Assembly (NCBI GenBank): GCA_965230925.1
Contig: OZ246403.1
Coordinates: 458,455-522,454 of the forward strand
Direction of reading: 5' to 3'
Origin: an uncultured Candidatus Saccharibacteria bacterium
GTDB lineage: Bacteria; Patescibacteriota; Minisyncoccia; Phycocordibacterales; JACOZG01
DNA: 64,000 bases
Of this stretch, positions 25,422 to 35,529 are shown one piece after another. The stretch's first letter is position 1. Each line of letters starts with the position of its first letter. Made by a program: the position numbers and the translations under genes. The notes under the pieces are model-generated. The model saw nothing but the letters and a program-made list of their open reading frames with translations. It did no database searches and was not told the DNA's origin.

Positions 25422-27173
25422 ATGTGGCTTGAAGCACCGCGGGTCAAACAATTTCTGGTTGACTCAGATTTAATTGCTCCAAAAGATTTTGAAGCGCTTG
25501 AGGCCGAGGCTGACAAGGCCGGCAAGTCGCTCGAAGAAACTTTACTGAACTCGGGGAAAATTTCGGAAGAAGATTTCCGCCGAATGAAGGCGTATCTTCT
25601 TGGTATTCCCTACATTAGTCTCGCTAAGCTCAAGGTGCCGAAGGAAATTCTTTTTCTCATCCCTGAGCCGATTGCTCGGAAGCATAATATTGTAGCCTTT
25701 GCGAAGGGGGAGAAGGGGCTCGAGGTGGCGATGCTTGACCCGGAAGATCTTCAGTCCATTGAGTTCATTAAGAAGGGAGTGGGAGCGAAGATTCTTCCGC
25801 GGCTCACCGACACTTCTTCGATTAAAAACATTCTTCTGCAATACCAGAAGAGTCTTAAGGCTGAGTTTGGCGATTTGATCCGTGAAGAGGCTACTAAGAT
25901 CGGCGTGATTGCCGAAGGTTCGAATACGCCGATGAATGAAGGCGATCTGAAGAAGCTCGCAGAAGATCTGCCGGTGGTGCGCATTGTTGATACTTTACTC
26001 TCCCACGCCATTACCCAGAAGGCGTCTGATATTCATATTGAACCATTTGAAGGTGAGGTGGTGGTGCGCTATCGCATTGATGGTGTGCTTCATGATGCGA
26101 TGATTCTGCCGAAGAATGCTGGGCCGGGGATCACGGCGCGCATTAAGATTCTTGCTAATCTCCGACTAGACGAGAAGCGCTTGCCGCAAGATGGCCGCTT
26201 TAAGATTGAAGCCGCCGGTCTCAAAGTTTCTTTCCGTGTGTCACTCTTACCCACCTACTTTGGTGAGAAGATTGTGATGCGCTTGCTGCCGGATTCCTCG
26301 CGCGGGCTGACGCTGGAGCAGTGTGGTTTCCACGGTAATGGTTTAGAACGAATTCACGAGGCGATGCAAGGCACGGTGGGGATGATTCTCGTCACCGGGC
26401 CAACCGGCTCGGGTAAGAGCACCACCCTTTACACCATGATGGATATTCTCAATACGCCGGATGTAAATATTTCGACCATTGAAGATCCGATTGAATATCA
26501 AATGATGCGGATCAATCAAACGCAAGTGAAGCCAGATATTGGCCTCACGTTTGCAGCCGGTTTGCGCAGCTTGGTTCGCCAAGATCCTGATATCATTATG
26601 GTCGGAGAAATTCGCGATAAAGAAACGGTAACGCTGGCGATTAATGCAGCGCTCACGGGTCACTTGGTCTTGTCTACCCTCCACACCAACTCGGCGGCTG
26701 GGACGATTCCGCGCCTTCTTGATATGGGGGCCGAGAGCTTCCTTATCATTTCCACGGTTCGTTTGGTTATTGGTCAGCGCTTGGTGCGACGCTTATGCTC
26801 GAGCAAAGAAAGTTATTTTCTTTCCGATGTTGAATTAAAAAACTTGGGGCGGAAAGTGGATCTTGATCGGATGCTTAACCTTTTGCGAGAGGAGCGCGTG
26901 GTGAAGGAGAAGGCAACCTGGAAAGACATTCCCTTCTACCGGCCTAAAGCCTCGGCGGAGTGTGCTGAAGGATTCCAGGGTCGAGTGGGAATTCACGAGG
27001 TGCTTGCTTTGTCGCCGGCGATTAAAGAACTCATTCTTGCTGGAGCGACGGCCGATAAACTGGAGGCGCAAGCGAAAACTGAGGGGATGATTACGATGCT
27101 CGAGGACGGAGTTTTTAAGGCGGTTGGCGGTATCACCACCATTGAGGAGGTGCTCCGCGTGGTTTCAGAGTAA
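25422..27173 (+). CDS. pilB: Type IV pilus assembly ATPase (PilB/GspE)
   Basis: ASDIHIEP, RLPQDGR, GPTGSGKSTT, TIEDPIEY, RQDPDIIMVGEIRD, LSTLHTN. Confidence 0.95.
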   Translation: MWLEAPRVKQFLVDSDLIAPKDFEALEAEADKAGKSLEETLLNSGKISEEDFRRMKAYLLGIPYISLAKLKVPKEILFLIPEPIARKHNIVAFAKGEKGLEVAMLDPEDLQSIEFIKKGVGAKILPRLTDTSSIKNILLQYQKSLKAEFGDLIREEATKIGVIAEGSNTPMNEGDLKKLAEDLPVVRIVDTLLSHAITQKASDIHIEPFEGEVVVRYRIDGVLHDAMILPKNAGPGITARIKILANLRLDEKRLPQDGRFKIEAAGLKVSFRVSLLPTYFGEKIVMRLLPDSSRGLTLEQCGFHGNGLERIHEAMQGTVGMILVTGPTGSGKSTTLYTMMDILNTPDVNISTIEDPIEYQMMRINQTQVKPDIGLTFAAGLRSLVRQDPDIIMVGEIRDKETVTLAINAALTGHLVLSTLHTNSAAGTIPRLLDMGAESFLIISTVRLVIGQRLVRRLCSSKESYFLSDVELKNLGRKVDLDRMLNLLREERVVKEKATWKDIPFYRPKASAECAEGFQGRVGIHEVLALSPAIKELILAGATADKLEAQAKTEGMITMLEDGVFKAVGGITTIEEVLRVVSE

Positions 27174-27182
27174 AATTATAAT

Positions 27183-28397
27183 ATGCGATTTCGTTACAAA
27201 GGGAAAAATCAAACCGGCGAAGAGAGCGAAGGTCTGCGTGATGCTAAAGACAAATTTGAGCTGGCACGCGAGATGCGCAGTCAGGGCATCACTCTGATTT
27301 CGGCGGAACTGGTGGAAGAAGAAAAGCCCGGAATCAAATTCTCTTGGTCGAGATTTTCTCGTCGGGTGAAGATGAAAGACAAGATTCTCTTTGCTTCCAG
27401 TTTGTCTTCTATGATCTCGGCCGGTCTCTCTCTGGCGCGGGCTTTGAATGTGATTGAGCGTCAAACGCAAAGTAAAGGGTTTAAAGAAATTATTCGTACC
27501 CTTGAAGAGAAGATTAAGAGCGGCGAGAGCTTTAATGCCGCCCTCGCAACTTTTCCCAATGTTTTCCCGCCCGTGTTCATTGCTATGGTGGCCGCTGGCG
27601 AAGAATCGGGGAATTTACCCTCAGCCCTCCAGACGGTGGGTGATCAAATGGCCAAGAGTTATGAATTGCGGCGGAAGGTGAAGGGGGCAATGATTTACCC
27701 CGCGATCATCGTGATTGTGATCATTGTCATCGCAATTTTGATGATGATTTTCTTGGTGCCAAATATTACTTCGCTTTTTAAAGAAATGAATGTGGAATTA
27801 CCACTCTCGACTCGAGTCGTAATTTTTACTAGTGATTTCATTGCGGGGAGCCCACTACTTTTTGTGGGGGCTCTCATTGCGCTCGCCCTTGGTTTTGGTT
27901 TCTTGGTTCGGAGTAAGCCGGGGCACCAGGCTGTGGCTTGGACCGCCCTCCATTTTCCTGTCATTAAGAATGTCGCCAAGCAAATGAATTCGGCGCTAAC
28001 AATGCGCACTCTTTCTTCTCTGCTCGCGGCGGGGGTGGGGATGGTGGAGTCGATCACCATTACCTCGCGGGTGGTACAGAATCCCTACTATCAAACGGCC
28101 CTTGCTGAGGCGGCGAAAGAAATTCCCAAGGGAAAGAATTTGTCAGTCTTTTTCAAAGACCATGAGAATATTTTCCCGGTGCTCGTAGGTGAGATGGCCG
28201 AGGTGGGGGAAGAAACAGGCAATCTCACCGGCATGTTGCAGAAAGGCGCGAGTTTGTATGAAGAAGAGGTAAATCAAGCCACGAAGAACCTTTCTACGAT
28301 CATTGAGCCCATGTTGATGATCTTGATCGGTATTGCGGTTGGCTTCTTTGCCGTCTCGATGATGGGGCCGATTTACTCGCTGAGTAATCAAATATGA
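27183..28397 (+). CDS. pilC: Type IV pilus platform protein (PilC/GspF)
   Basis: MVAAGEESGNL, AMIYP, VGEETGNL, IIEPML. Confidence 0.95.
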   Translation: MRFRYKGKNQTGEESEGLRDAKDKFELAREMRSQGITLISAELVEEEKPGIKFSWSRFSRRVKMKDKILFASSLSSMISAGLSLARALNVIERQTQSKGFKEIIRTLEEKIKSGESFNAALATFPNVFPPVFIAMVAAGEESGNLPSALQTVGDQMAKSYELRRKVKGAMIYPAIIVIVIIVIAILMMIFLVPNITSLFKEMNVELPLSTRVVIFTSDFIAGSPLLFVGALIALALGFGFLVRSKPGHQAVAWTALHFPVIKNVAKQMNSALTMRTLSSLLAAGVGMVESITITSRVVQNPYYQTALAEAAKEIPKGKNLSVFFKDHENIFPVLVGEMAEVGEETGNLTGMLQKGASLYEEEVNQATKNLSTIIEPMLMILIGIAVGFFAVSMMGPIYSLSNQI

Positions 28398-30169
28398 AAA
28401 AGGGTTTTACTTTGGTCGAAACACTCATTGGCGTTTTTGTTTTCAGTATTATTTCTTTGGCGATTTATCAGGGCTATTTTTTGGTGTTTTCTCTTTCGCG
28501 TGCCTCACAATACAAGAGCCTCGCGATCCTAGTGGCCAATGATCATATTGAATGGGTTCGGAATGTGGAGTATGAAGATGTGGGTATCTTGAATGGTTTA
28601 CCAGCAGGCGTGATTCCGCGCGAGACCACCAAGACGGTAAGCAATATTACTTTCGACCTTACCACGACCATTCGCAATATCGATGACCCTTTTGATGGAA
28701 CGATTGGCGGAAATCCCAACGATTTGTCCCCGGCGGATAATAAATTGGTGGAAGTTAAGGTGGAATGCGCAACCTGTAAGAACTTTACTCCTCTGGTCGT
28801 TACCACCACGGTGGCACCGGTTAATTTGGAAACGGCTTCGGGGAATGGCGCGCTCTTTGTGGAGGTTCTTGATGCAAACGGTGTGCCGGTGCCACAGGCT
28901 GAGGTAACAGTTGAGAATAATGCGGCCGCACCACCTTTTCTAATTGAAGAAGAAACCGGTAATAATGGCATGCTCCAGCTGGTGGATGTGCCGCCCGGCA
29001 ATTTGGTATATGAAATTACAGTTACCAAAGATGATTATTCTACTGCGCAAACTTATGCCATTGATCCTGCGACAAACCCTAACCCTAATCCGCCTCATGC
29101 CACCGTGGCGGCTGGGCAAGTAACGCAAATTAGTTTAGTTATTGACAAGGTCAGCACCTTTAATGTTTCCACCAAGCTAGATTCTTGCGCGGCGGTTGGG
29201 AGCGTTGGATTTAATCTTCGCGGCGATAAAAAAATTGGCAATTTACCTGATATTTATAAATATAGCGTGAACCACACCACGAGCGGTGGGGGAACAAAAA
29301 CGATTAGTGATCTCGAGTGGGATACTTATAACTTTACTCTCACGGGTACCACGCATGATATTGCTGGGACGATACCTCTTTTGCCGATTGCTTTGCCGCC
29401 TGATGTCTCACAAGACGTTTCGCTTATTTTGGCCCCGCGAGATCCAAAAGCCCTTCTTGTGACGGTGAAAGATGCGACGACGGGTTTGCCTATCTCTGAT
29501 GCCACGGTTCAAATTACGGGCACTGACGTGGATGAAACTAAGGTAACTGACCGGGGCTTCTTCCGCCAAACTGATTGGTCTGGTGGTGCCGGGCAAGACG
29601 ACTTTGTTCTTACCAATCAATTTGATGATAGTGATGGCAATGTCGACTTTACCACCCAGAGTGGCGAGATCAGATTGCGCGAGGCTCTCGGGCAATATGT
29701 GGCGAACGGTTCGCTAGAGTCTTCTACCTTCGACACTGGCGGCAATCAAGCTACTTATTACAACCTTAGCTGGTTGCCAGGAACTCAGTCGGCCTCGACC
29801 ACGCTCCAATTCCAGGTTTCGGCCTCATCTTCACCGGCTGGCCCTTGGAATTACAGTGGTCCCGACGGAACAGCAAGTTCCTACTACACCGCAAGTGATA
29901 CCAATATTCACGCTTCGATCAACAACAACCGCTATTTCCGATACAAAGTATTTCTTTCCACTATTGATCCGGTTTACACTCCTACTCTTGCAGAGGTGGC
30001 GGTGACTTATGGCACCGAGTGTTTTCCTTATGGCCAAGTGATTTTCAGTGGGTTAGGCGACACTAATTACACCCTTGATGTAACGAAAACCGGTTATCAG
30101 CCTTATAGCAATACCGCTGTGCCGACCAGTGGTAATTGGCAAAACTGGGAAGTGCCGCTCCAAATTTAA
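28394..30169 (+). CDS. Large prepilin with C-terminal beta-sandwich domains
   Basis: MKKG|FTLVE class III signal with E5; carboxypeptidase-regulatory-like segments (VTVKDATTGLPISDATV). Confidence 0.85.
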   Translation: MKKGFTLVETLIGVFVFSIISLAIYQGYFLVFSLSRASQYKSLAILVANDHIEWVRNVEYEDVGILNGLPAGVIPRETTKTVSNITFDLTTTIRNIDDPFDGTIGGNPNDLSPADNKLVEVKVECATCKNFTPLVVTTTVAPVNLETASGNGALFVEVLDANGVPVPQAEVTVENNAAAPPFLIEEETGNNGMLQLVDVPPGNLVYEITVTKDDYSTAQTYAIDPATNPNPNPPHATVAAGQVTQISLVIDKVSTFNVSTKLDSCAAVGSVGFNLRGDKKIGNLPDIYKYSVNHTTSGGGTKTISDLEWDTYNFTLTGTTHDIAGTIPLLPIALPPDVSQDVSLILAPRDPKALLVTVKDATTGLPISDATVQITGTDVDETKVTDRGFFRQTDWSGGAGQDDFVLTNQFDDSDGNVDFTTQSGEIRLREALGQYVANGSLESSTFDTGGNQATYYNLSWLPGTQSASTTLQFQVSASSSPAGPWNYSGPDGTASSYYTASDTNIHASINNNRYFRYKVFLSTIDPVYTPTLAEVAVTYGTECFPYGQVIFSGLGDTNYTLDVTKTGYQPYSNTAVPTSGNWQNWEVPLQI

Positions 30170-30172
30170 ATT

Positions 30173-30751
30173 ATGAAAAAAGGTTTTGGCATCTTAGAAC
30201 TAATCGTGAGTCTCGGGATTTTTGTCATGGTTGTATGGGTTCTGGCCAACTTCCAGGTGAATGTTTTTTCTCAAAAATCAATTATTGGGAGCGGGCTCAC
30301 GGCTGAATTTGAGGCGCGTACTTCACTCAAGAAGCTTATTGCCGAACTTCGAGCGGCGGTGATTTCTGATACCGGTTCTTATCAAATTGCCTTAGCCACC
30401 GGCTCAAGCCTTACCTTCTATAGCGACCGCGATGGCGACAACTTGGTTGAGCAAATTCGTTATTATCTTAATGGTTCCACCTTGCAGAAAGGGGTAATTA
30501 AACCAACTGGTGCGCCACTGCAATATGTGGCCGGCAATGAGCGGATTACCCGTGAGGTCGGCAATCTTACTAACCTTGTAAGTCTGTTTACTTACTATGA
30601 TGCCGCTGGAGCCGTGCTCCCAGAACCAATTGATTTACCTCTCGTGCGGTTGATTGAAGTGACTTATACTATTGACGATAATCCCAGTAAGCCGCCGGCA
30701 CCATTTACTTTAAGTAGTCAGGTTAGTGTTCGCAGTTTAAAATTGCAATGA
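30173..30751 (+). CDS. Minor pilin (PilW/PulJ-like)
   Basis: MKKG|FGILE signal and hydrophobic helix. Confidence 0.82.
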   Translation: MKKGFGILELIVSLGIFVMVVWVLANFQVNVFSQKSIIGSGLTAEFEARTSLKKLIAELRAAVISDTGSYQIALATGSSLTFYSDRDGDNLVEQIRYYLNGSTLQKGVIKPTGAPLQYVAGNERITREVGNLTNLVSLFTYYDAAGAVLPEPIDLPLVRLIEVTYTIDDNPSKPPAPFTLSSQVSVRSLKLQ

Positions 30752-32253
30752 TTAAATTTTCTCGAGGGTACATTTTGATCCAAGCTCTCGTTTTTGGTGC
30801 CGTAGGCGTGCTTCTCATTGGTGCCCTCACTGGTTGGGCGAAGGTAAATATTCTTGGCTCGCGCCAGATGGTTCTTCGTGAGCGCGCTTTCCAAATTGCA
30901 GAAGCGGGGATTGAGTATTATCGCTGGCACCTCGCTCATGCCGCGCAAGATTATCAAGATGGTACCGGTGTAGCGGGGCCGTACATCCACGAATATTATG
31001 ATAAGGACGGTGATCAGATTGGCACCTTTACCCTCACTATTACGCCGCCGCCAGTAGGTTCAACGGTGGTGACAATTCTCTCTCAAGGTAATGTTTTGGA
31101 AAATCCAGCTATTACCCGCAAGATCGAAGCGCGGCTCGCTATTCCCTCAATTGCAAAGTATGCCTTCGTGGCCAACTCGGCCATGCGCTTTGGCGCCGGT
31201 ACGGAAGTGTTTGGGCCGATTCACTCCAATGATGGTATTCGTTTTGATGGTCTTGCTCACAACGTGGTGACCAGTGCGCGGAGCGATTATGATGACCCCG
31301 ATCATACTGGTAGTAATGAGTTTGGGGTGCACACTCATGTTAATCCGGTGGATCCAGTTCCTCCAGCCTTGCCACCGGTGCGTAATGATGTCTTTATGGC
31401 TGGTCGCCAATTTCCGGTGCCAGCGGTGAACTTTACCGGCTTTACCAACGATATGTCTGCCATCCGGGCTGACGCTCTCCGGGCTGATGGCACTTGTTGG
31501 CCAGACCCGGCGAATGGGAAATTGTGTTTCCCTGATATTGGTTACTTGGGCTATCGCGTTGTGTTGCGCAATGACGACACCTTCGAGCTTCATCGGATAA
31601 ATTCTCTGAATAATCCGCCAAGCGGTTGTAATCAGCCGACTAGTGGTGGTGTGCCCACCCAGCCCGGTTGGGGCACGTGGTCAATTAGCACCCAGAGTCG
31701 TTTGCGGCAGAATCTCACTACCGGTGGGACAGAGGTTTTCCCTTTTCCGGCCAACGGCATTGTTTTCTTTGAAGAGCATGTCTGGGTGGAGGGGACGATA
31801 AATACGGCCCGCCTTACAATTGCTTCTGGGAAGTTCCCCGAGAATGCCACCACCAATACGAGCATTACGGTGAACAATGATGTGCGGTACACCAATTATG
31901 ATGGTCAAGATGTTTTGGCCCTGATTGCCCAAAATAACTTTAATGTTGGTCTCACGAGCGAAGATGATTTACGCATTGACGCGGCGATAGTGGCCAAGAA
32001 TGGTCGCGCGGGACGACATTTATACACCAGTAGTTGTGGCGGTGATTATATCCAAAATGTGATTACCCTTTTCGGGATGTTGGGTACTAATTTGCGTTAC
32101 GGCTTCGCTTACATTAATGGTTTTGGGACTCATACTAGTGGCTACATTACGCGTAATATTACCTATGATGCCAACCTTCTCTACGGTCCGCCGCCATCTT
32201 TTCCTCTTACTTCCGACCAATATTCCACCATCTCCTGGCGTGAGGTACCGTAA
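30748..32253 (+). CDS. PilX/GspK-like minor pilin with large C-terminal domain
   Basis: SRG|YILIQAL lacking E5; RAFQIAEAGIEY motif. Confidence 0.8.
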   Translation: MIKFSRGYILIQALVFGAVGVLLIGALTGWAKVNILGSRQMVLRERAFQIAEAGIEYYRWHLAHAAQDYQDGTGVAGPYIHEYYDKDGDQIGTFTLTITPPPVGSTVVTILSQGNVLENPAITRKIEARLAIPSIAKYAFVANSAMRFGAGTEVFGPIHSNDGIRFDGLAHNVVTSARSDYDDPDHTGSNEFGVHTHVNPVDPVPPALPPVRNDVFMAGRQFPVPAVNFTGFTNDMSAIRADALRADGTCWPDPANGKLCFPDIGYLGYRVVLRNDDTFELHRINSLNNPPSGCNQPTSGGVPTQPGWGTWSISTQSRLRQNLTTGGTEVFPFPANGIVFFEEHVWVEGTINTARLTIASGKFPENATTNTSITVNNDVRYTNYDGQDVLALIAQNNFNVGLTSEDDLRIDAAIVAKNGRAGRHLYTSSCGGDYIQNVITLFGMLGTNLRYGFAYINGFGTHTSGYITRNITYDANLLYGPPPSFPLTSDQYSTISWREVP

Positions 32254-32274
32254 TCGCGTTATACTCTCCTCGCC

Positions 32275-33033
32275 GTGAAGACCATTGTTGCAAACTGGAA
32301 AATGAATCCCTTAGCGCCAAGTGAGGCGAAGAAGCTTTTTCTGGGGATTAAAAAGGTAGCGGCTAAGCTCAAGCGAACTCGGGTGGTGGTTTGCCCACCG
32401 GCGGTTTTTTTACCCTTACTAACTTCAAGCTCGAGCCGCTTAAGTCTTGGGGCGCAAGACGTGTTTACCGAGAAGGGCGGCTCTTACACAGGTTCACTCT
32501 CAGCTGAGATGCTTGGTTATGCTGGGGCAAGTTACACAATTATTGGTCACTCAGAGCGCCGCGCGGCTGGTGATAATGATGAGACGGTAAACCGTAAGAT
32601 CAAAGCCGCGGTGCGCGCGGGATTGACGCCAATTATTTGTGTGGGGGAGAAAGAACGGGACCAACAAGGGAATTATCTAAATTTTATCCGAACTCAGGTA
32701 GAAACGGCGCTTGCCGGGATGACTAAGAAGATTTCCGCTGATTGGCTGATTGCTTATGAACCCGTGTGGGCAATTGGGAAAAGTGCCGCTGAGGCCGCTA
32801 CCCCCGCCGATTTTCTTGAGAAGAAATTATTCATTCGCAAAATTATTTCCAGTCTGGTGGGGTCTAAACTTGGTCGCGAGGTACCAATTCTCTATGGTGG
32901 CTCGGTTGAGCCGAAGAATGCCTTGGGTTTTTTGCAAGAAGGGGAGGTGGACGGTTTTTTAGTCGGCCACGCTTCCTTGCGGGCCGATCAATTTGGTGAA
33001 ATTTTAAAAACAGCTGAAGCATGGAAGGCATAA
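32275..33033 (+). CDS. tpiA: Triosephosphate isomerase
   Basis: ANWKMN, IIGHSERR, IAYEPVWAIG, LYGGSV. Confidence 0.97.
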   Translation: MKTIVANWKMNPLAPSEAKKLFLGIKKVAAKLKRTRVVVCPPAVFLPLLTSSSSRLSLGAQDVFTEKGGSYTGSLSAEMLGYAGASYTIIGHSERRAAGDNDETVNRKIKAAVRAGLTPIICVGEKERDQQGNYLNFIRTQVETALAGMTKKISADWLIAYEPVWAIGKSAAEAATPADFLEKKLFIRKIISSLVGSKLGREVPILYGGSVEPKNALGFLQEGEVDGFLVGHASLRADQFGEILKTAEAWKA

Positions 33034-34145
33034 ATTCAGTTACAGAATTAACGAAAGAGCAGGTGGCCGGGAAGCGCGTGCTTTTGCGCCTCGATCTCAA
33101 TTTGCCACTCGAGAATGGCGAAGTGGCGGATGACTTCCGGGTGAAGCAAAGTGAGGCGACGATAAAGCACCTTCTCGATCTTGGGGCGAAGATTATTATT
33201 TTGAGCCATATGGGCGGGGAAGAAATGGCGAGCTTACTCCCTGTCGCGCGATTTTTGAAAACTAAGTGGCCGGTAACCTTTGTGGAGACTTTTGACCCAG
33301 TGGCGGTGGTGGACGGTTTAGCGCAAACCGATATTGTACTTCTCGAGAATCTTCGCCGCGACTCAGGAGAAGAACGCAATGATCCTGATTTTGCCATTAA
33401 GCTCGCGGCGCTTGGGGACTTGTATGTCAACGAGGCCTTTTCTGCCTCTCATCGGGCCCACGCCTCGATTGTGGGCTTGCCGAAAATTCTTCCCGCTTAT
33501 GCTGGACCGCTTTTTCTTAAAGAAGTTGAAGAGCTGGGAAAAGCTTTTACCCCCGAGCACCCCTTCATTTTTATTTTAGGTGGAGCCAAGCTCGCGACCA
33601 AGCTCCCGGTATTGAAGAAATTTTGTTATCTCGCCGATCAAATTTTTATCCACGGCGCTCTGGCCAATGCCTTTTTCAAAGAGCTTGGTTATGAAACGGG
33701 TCTTTCTCTCGTTGATCCCAAGAGTGATATTGCCCGGCAATTTATTAAATTTGAGAAAATTGTTTTGCCTGTAGATGTGCGTTCGCGACGCGGCGGAGAA
33801 GTTTCGATCAAAAAGCCCGACACGCTTACCAAAGAGGATGAAATTATTGATGTTGGGGTTGATTCAATTGAGCAATTACGAGACGCGGTGAGCAAGGCAA
33901 AGTTTGTTCTGTGGAATGGCCCACTCGGGCGCTTCGAATACGGTTTCCGTGGTGGCACGGATGCGGCCGCCAAGATGATTGCTGAGTCAGAGGCTTACTC
34001 GATGGTTGGTGGCGGCGATACCTTATCTTCGATCCGTGATCTTAATCTCTACGATAAATTTGACTTTGTCTCCACCGCGGGTGGCGCCATGCTCGATTTT
34101 CTTGCCGAAGGCACTTTGCCAGGGATTGAAGCCCTTAAGCATTAA
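33021..34145 (+). CDS. pgk: Phosphoglycerate kinase
   Basis: RLDLNLP, LLENLR, SHRAHAS, ILGGAK, WNGPLG, VGGGDT, STAGGA. Confidence 0.96.
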   Translation: MEGINSVTELTKEQVAGKRVLLRLDLNLPLENGEVADDFRVKQSEATIKHLLDLGAKIIILSHMGGEEMASLLPVARFLKTKWPVTFVETFDPVAVVDGLAQTDIVLLENLRRDSGEERNDPDFAIKLAALGDLYVNEAFSASHRAHASIVGLPKILPAYAGPLFLKEVEELGKAFTPEHPFIFILGGAKLATKLPVLKKFCYLADQIFIHGALANAFFKELGYETGLSLVDPKSDIARQFIKFEKIVLPVDVRSRRGGEVSIKKPDTLTKEDEIIDVGVDSIEQLRDAVSKAKFVLWNGPLGRFEYGFRGGTDAAAKMIAESEAYSMVGGGDTLSSIRDLNLYDKFDFVSTAGGAMLDFLAEGTLPGIEALKH

Positions 34146-35119
34146 TAATCTCCAGTTTGCTTGGGGCGAACTTCGCCACTCTGGTCGATATCGAAGACTT
34201 TTGTGCTTTGATACGCTGGTGTGCCGTCCTCGCCATCACCCTCGGCTAAATCCTCTTCTGTTACGTCGAAGGTGTCTTCTACTGTTTGGTCGAAGTGGGT
34301 GCCATCACTAGTTTCACCACTAATCACATAGGTCACATGGTATGTCCCAACTTCCGTGATATTAGAGAAAATTCCGGTGTACACGCCAGGTGATGATTCG
34401 GTTAGTTCTATAGTGAAGACGTTTCCACTTGGTGAAGTGATGATCGCGACCACATAAGCGCCGATAATCGGCGAGGTGACATTAAGATCCAGAGTTTCAA
34501 TAATCGTAATAGAGAGCGAGGCGGTGCCATTGTCTACCTCGTCTTCATCTTCCGCGGGGTTTTCTTCGTCCTCATCATCTTCATCGCCAGACGGGGTGGC
34601 GTCGACATTGTCATTATCGGAAACATCAACATTTACCGTAGTAGATTCTTCTCCATCATTGGTCACAATTACTTGCCAGGAAGAGTCACCGGTGCCGGTG
34701 CCACCGCCCGCATTTGGGGTAATCCGATAAATAGTGGCGATATTGCCCGTTGCGGGATCAGTGACCACGGTTTTGGTAATGGTAAAGTCACTTGCCTTTA
34801 CTCCGGCCGGTAGAGCGAGTTCTGGTTTTGCGGCCGCACTATCACTCAAGACTTTAATCGTTGTTTCGCCATTTACCGCAAAGGTTTCTGTGTAATTCGT
34901 GTCGGGTTGCAACACTTGCATCAAGGCACCGGAGAGACCAAATTCCCAAAGAAGCCCGCTTCTTTTTGCCTTGGGCGCAGGAGTTTCTGTTGTTGGAGAA
35001 GTTGGTGCGGGTGTTTCAACTTTTTCACCCGAGAAGAGCCAGATTGTGCCAACAATGAGCACTAAGGCCGCGAGGCTAATGAGAACGGGAGTAGCAACAC
35101 CTTGATTATATTTTTTCAT
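34142..35119 (-). CDS. Membrane-anchored acidic protein with possible class III (pilin-like) signal
   Basis: MKKYNQG|VATPVLISL, P/T linker, D/E tract, beta-rich domains. Confidence 0.7.
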   Translation of the reverse strand: MKKYNQGVATPVLISLAALVLIVGTIWLFSGEKVETPAPTSPTTETPAPKAKRSGLLWEFGLSGALMQVLQPDTNYTETFAVNGETTIKVLSDSAAAKPELALPAGVKASDFTITKTVVTDPATGNIATIYRITPNAGGGTGTGDSSWQVIVTNDGEESTTVNVDVSDNDNVDATPSGDEDDEDEENPAEDEDEVDNGTASLSITIIETLDLNVTSPIIGAYVVAIITSPSGNVFTIELTESSPGVYTGIFSNITEVGTYHVTYVISGETSDGTHFDQTVEDTFDVTEEDLAEGDGEDGTPAYQSTKVFDIDQSGEVRPKQTGDY

Positions 35120-35508
35120 AAATATTTTTTAATTGTTTCCGCTGATAATTTCAACTCCTCATCGGTTGCCATTTTTTCTGTACCGAAAGCGAGGTCGCCA
35201 CTTTTTTTCACTGGCACGAGGTGCAAGTGGAGATGGGGGATATCAAGACCAACAATGAGGAGAGCCACCCGCTCGGGCTGGAAGGCTTGGTTAATAGCTC
35301 GGCCAACTTTCTGAGCAGCGGGCATAATAACAGACATGGTTTCGGCTGAAGCATTAAGCCAAAAGTCAGTTTCTTGCTTTGGAATTACCAAGGTGTGACC
35401 AGGGTGAAGAGGTTTAATATTGAGGAAGGCGATAGTTTCCTCATCCTCATAAACGATGTGAGCCGGTAGTTCCTTCCGGGCAATTTTGCAAAACACGCAG
35501 CTATTCAT
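35116..35508 (-). CDS. HIT family nucleotide hydrolase
   Basis: CVFCKI, PGHTLVIPK, HLHLHLVP. Confidence 0.93.
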   Translation of the reverse strand: MNSCVFCKIARKELPAHIVYEDEETIAFLNIKPLHPGHTLVIPKQETDFWLNASAETMSVIMPAAQKVGRAINQAFQPERVALLIVGLDIPHLHLHLVPVKKSGDLAFGTEKMATDEELKLSAETIKKYL

Positions 35509-35529
35509 TTGCTATAATCATAGCCCATT

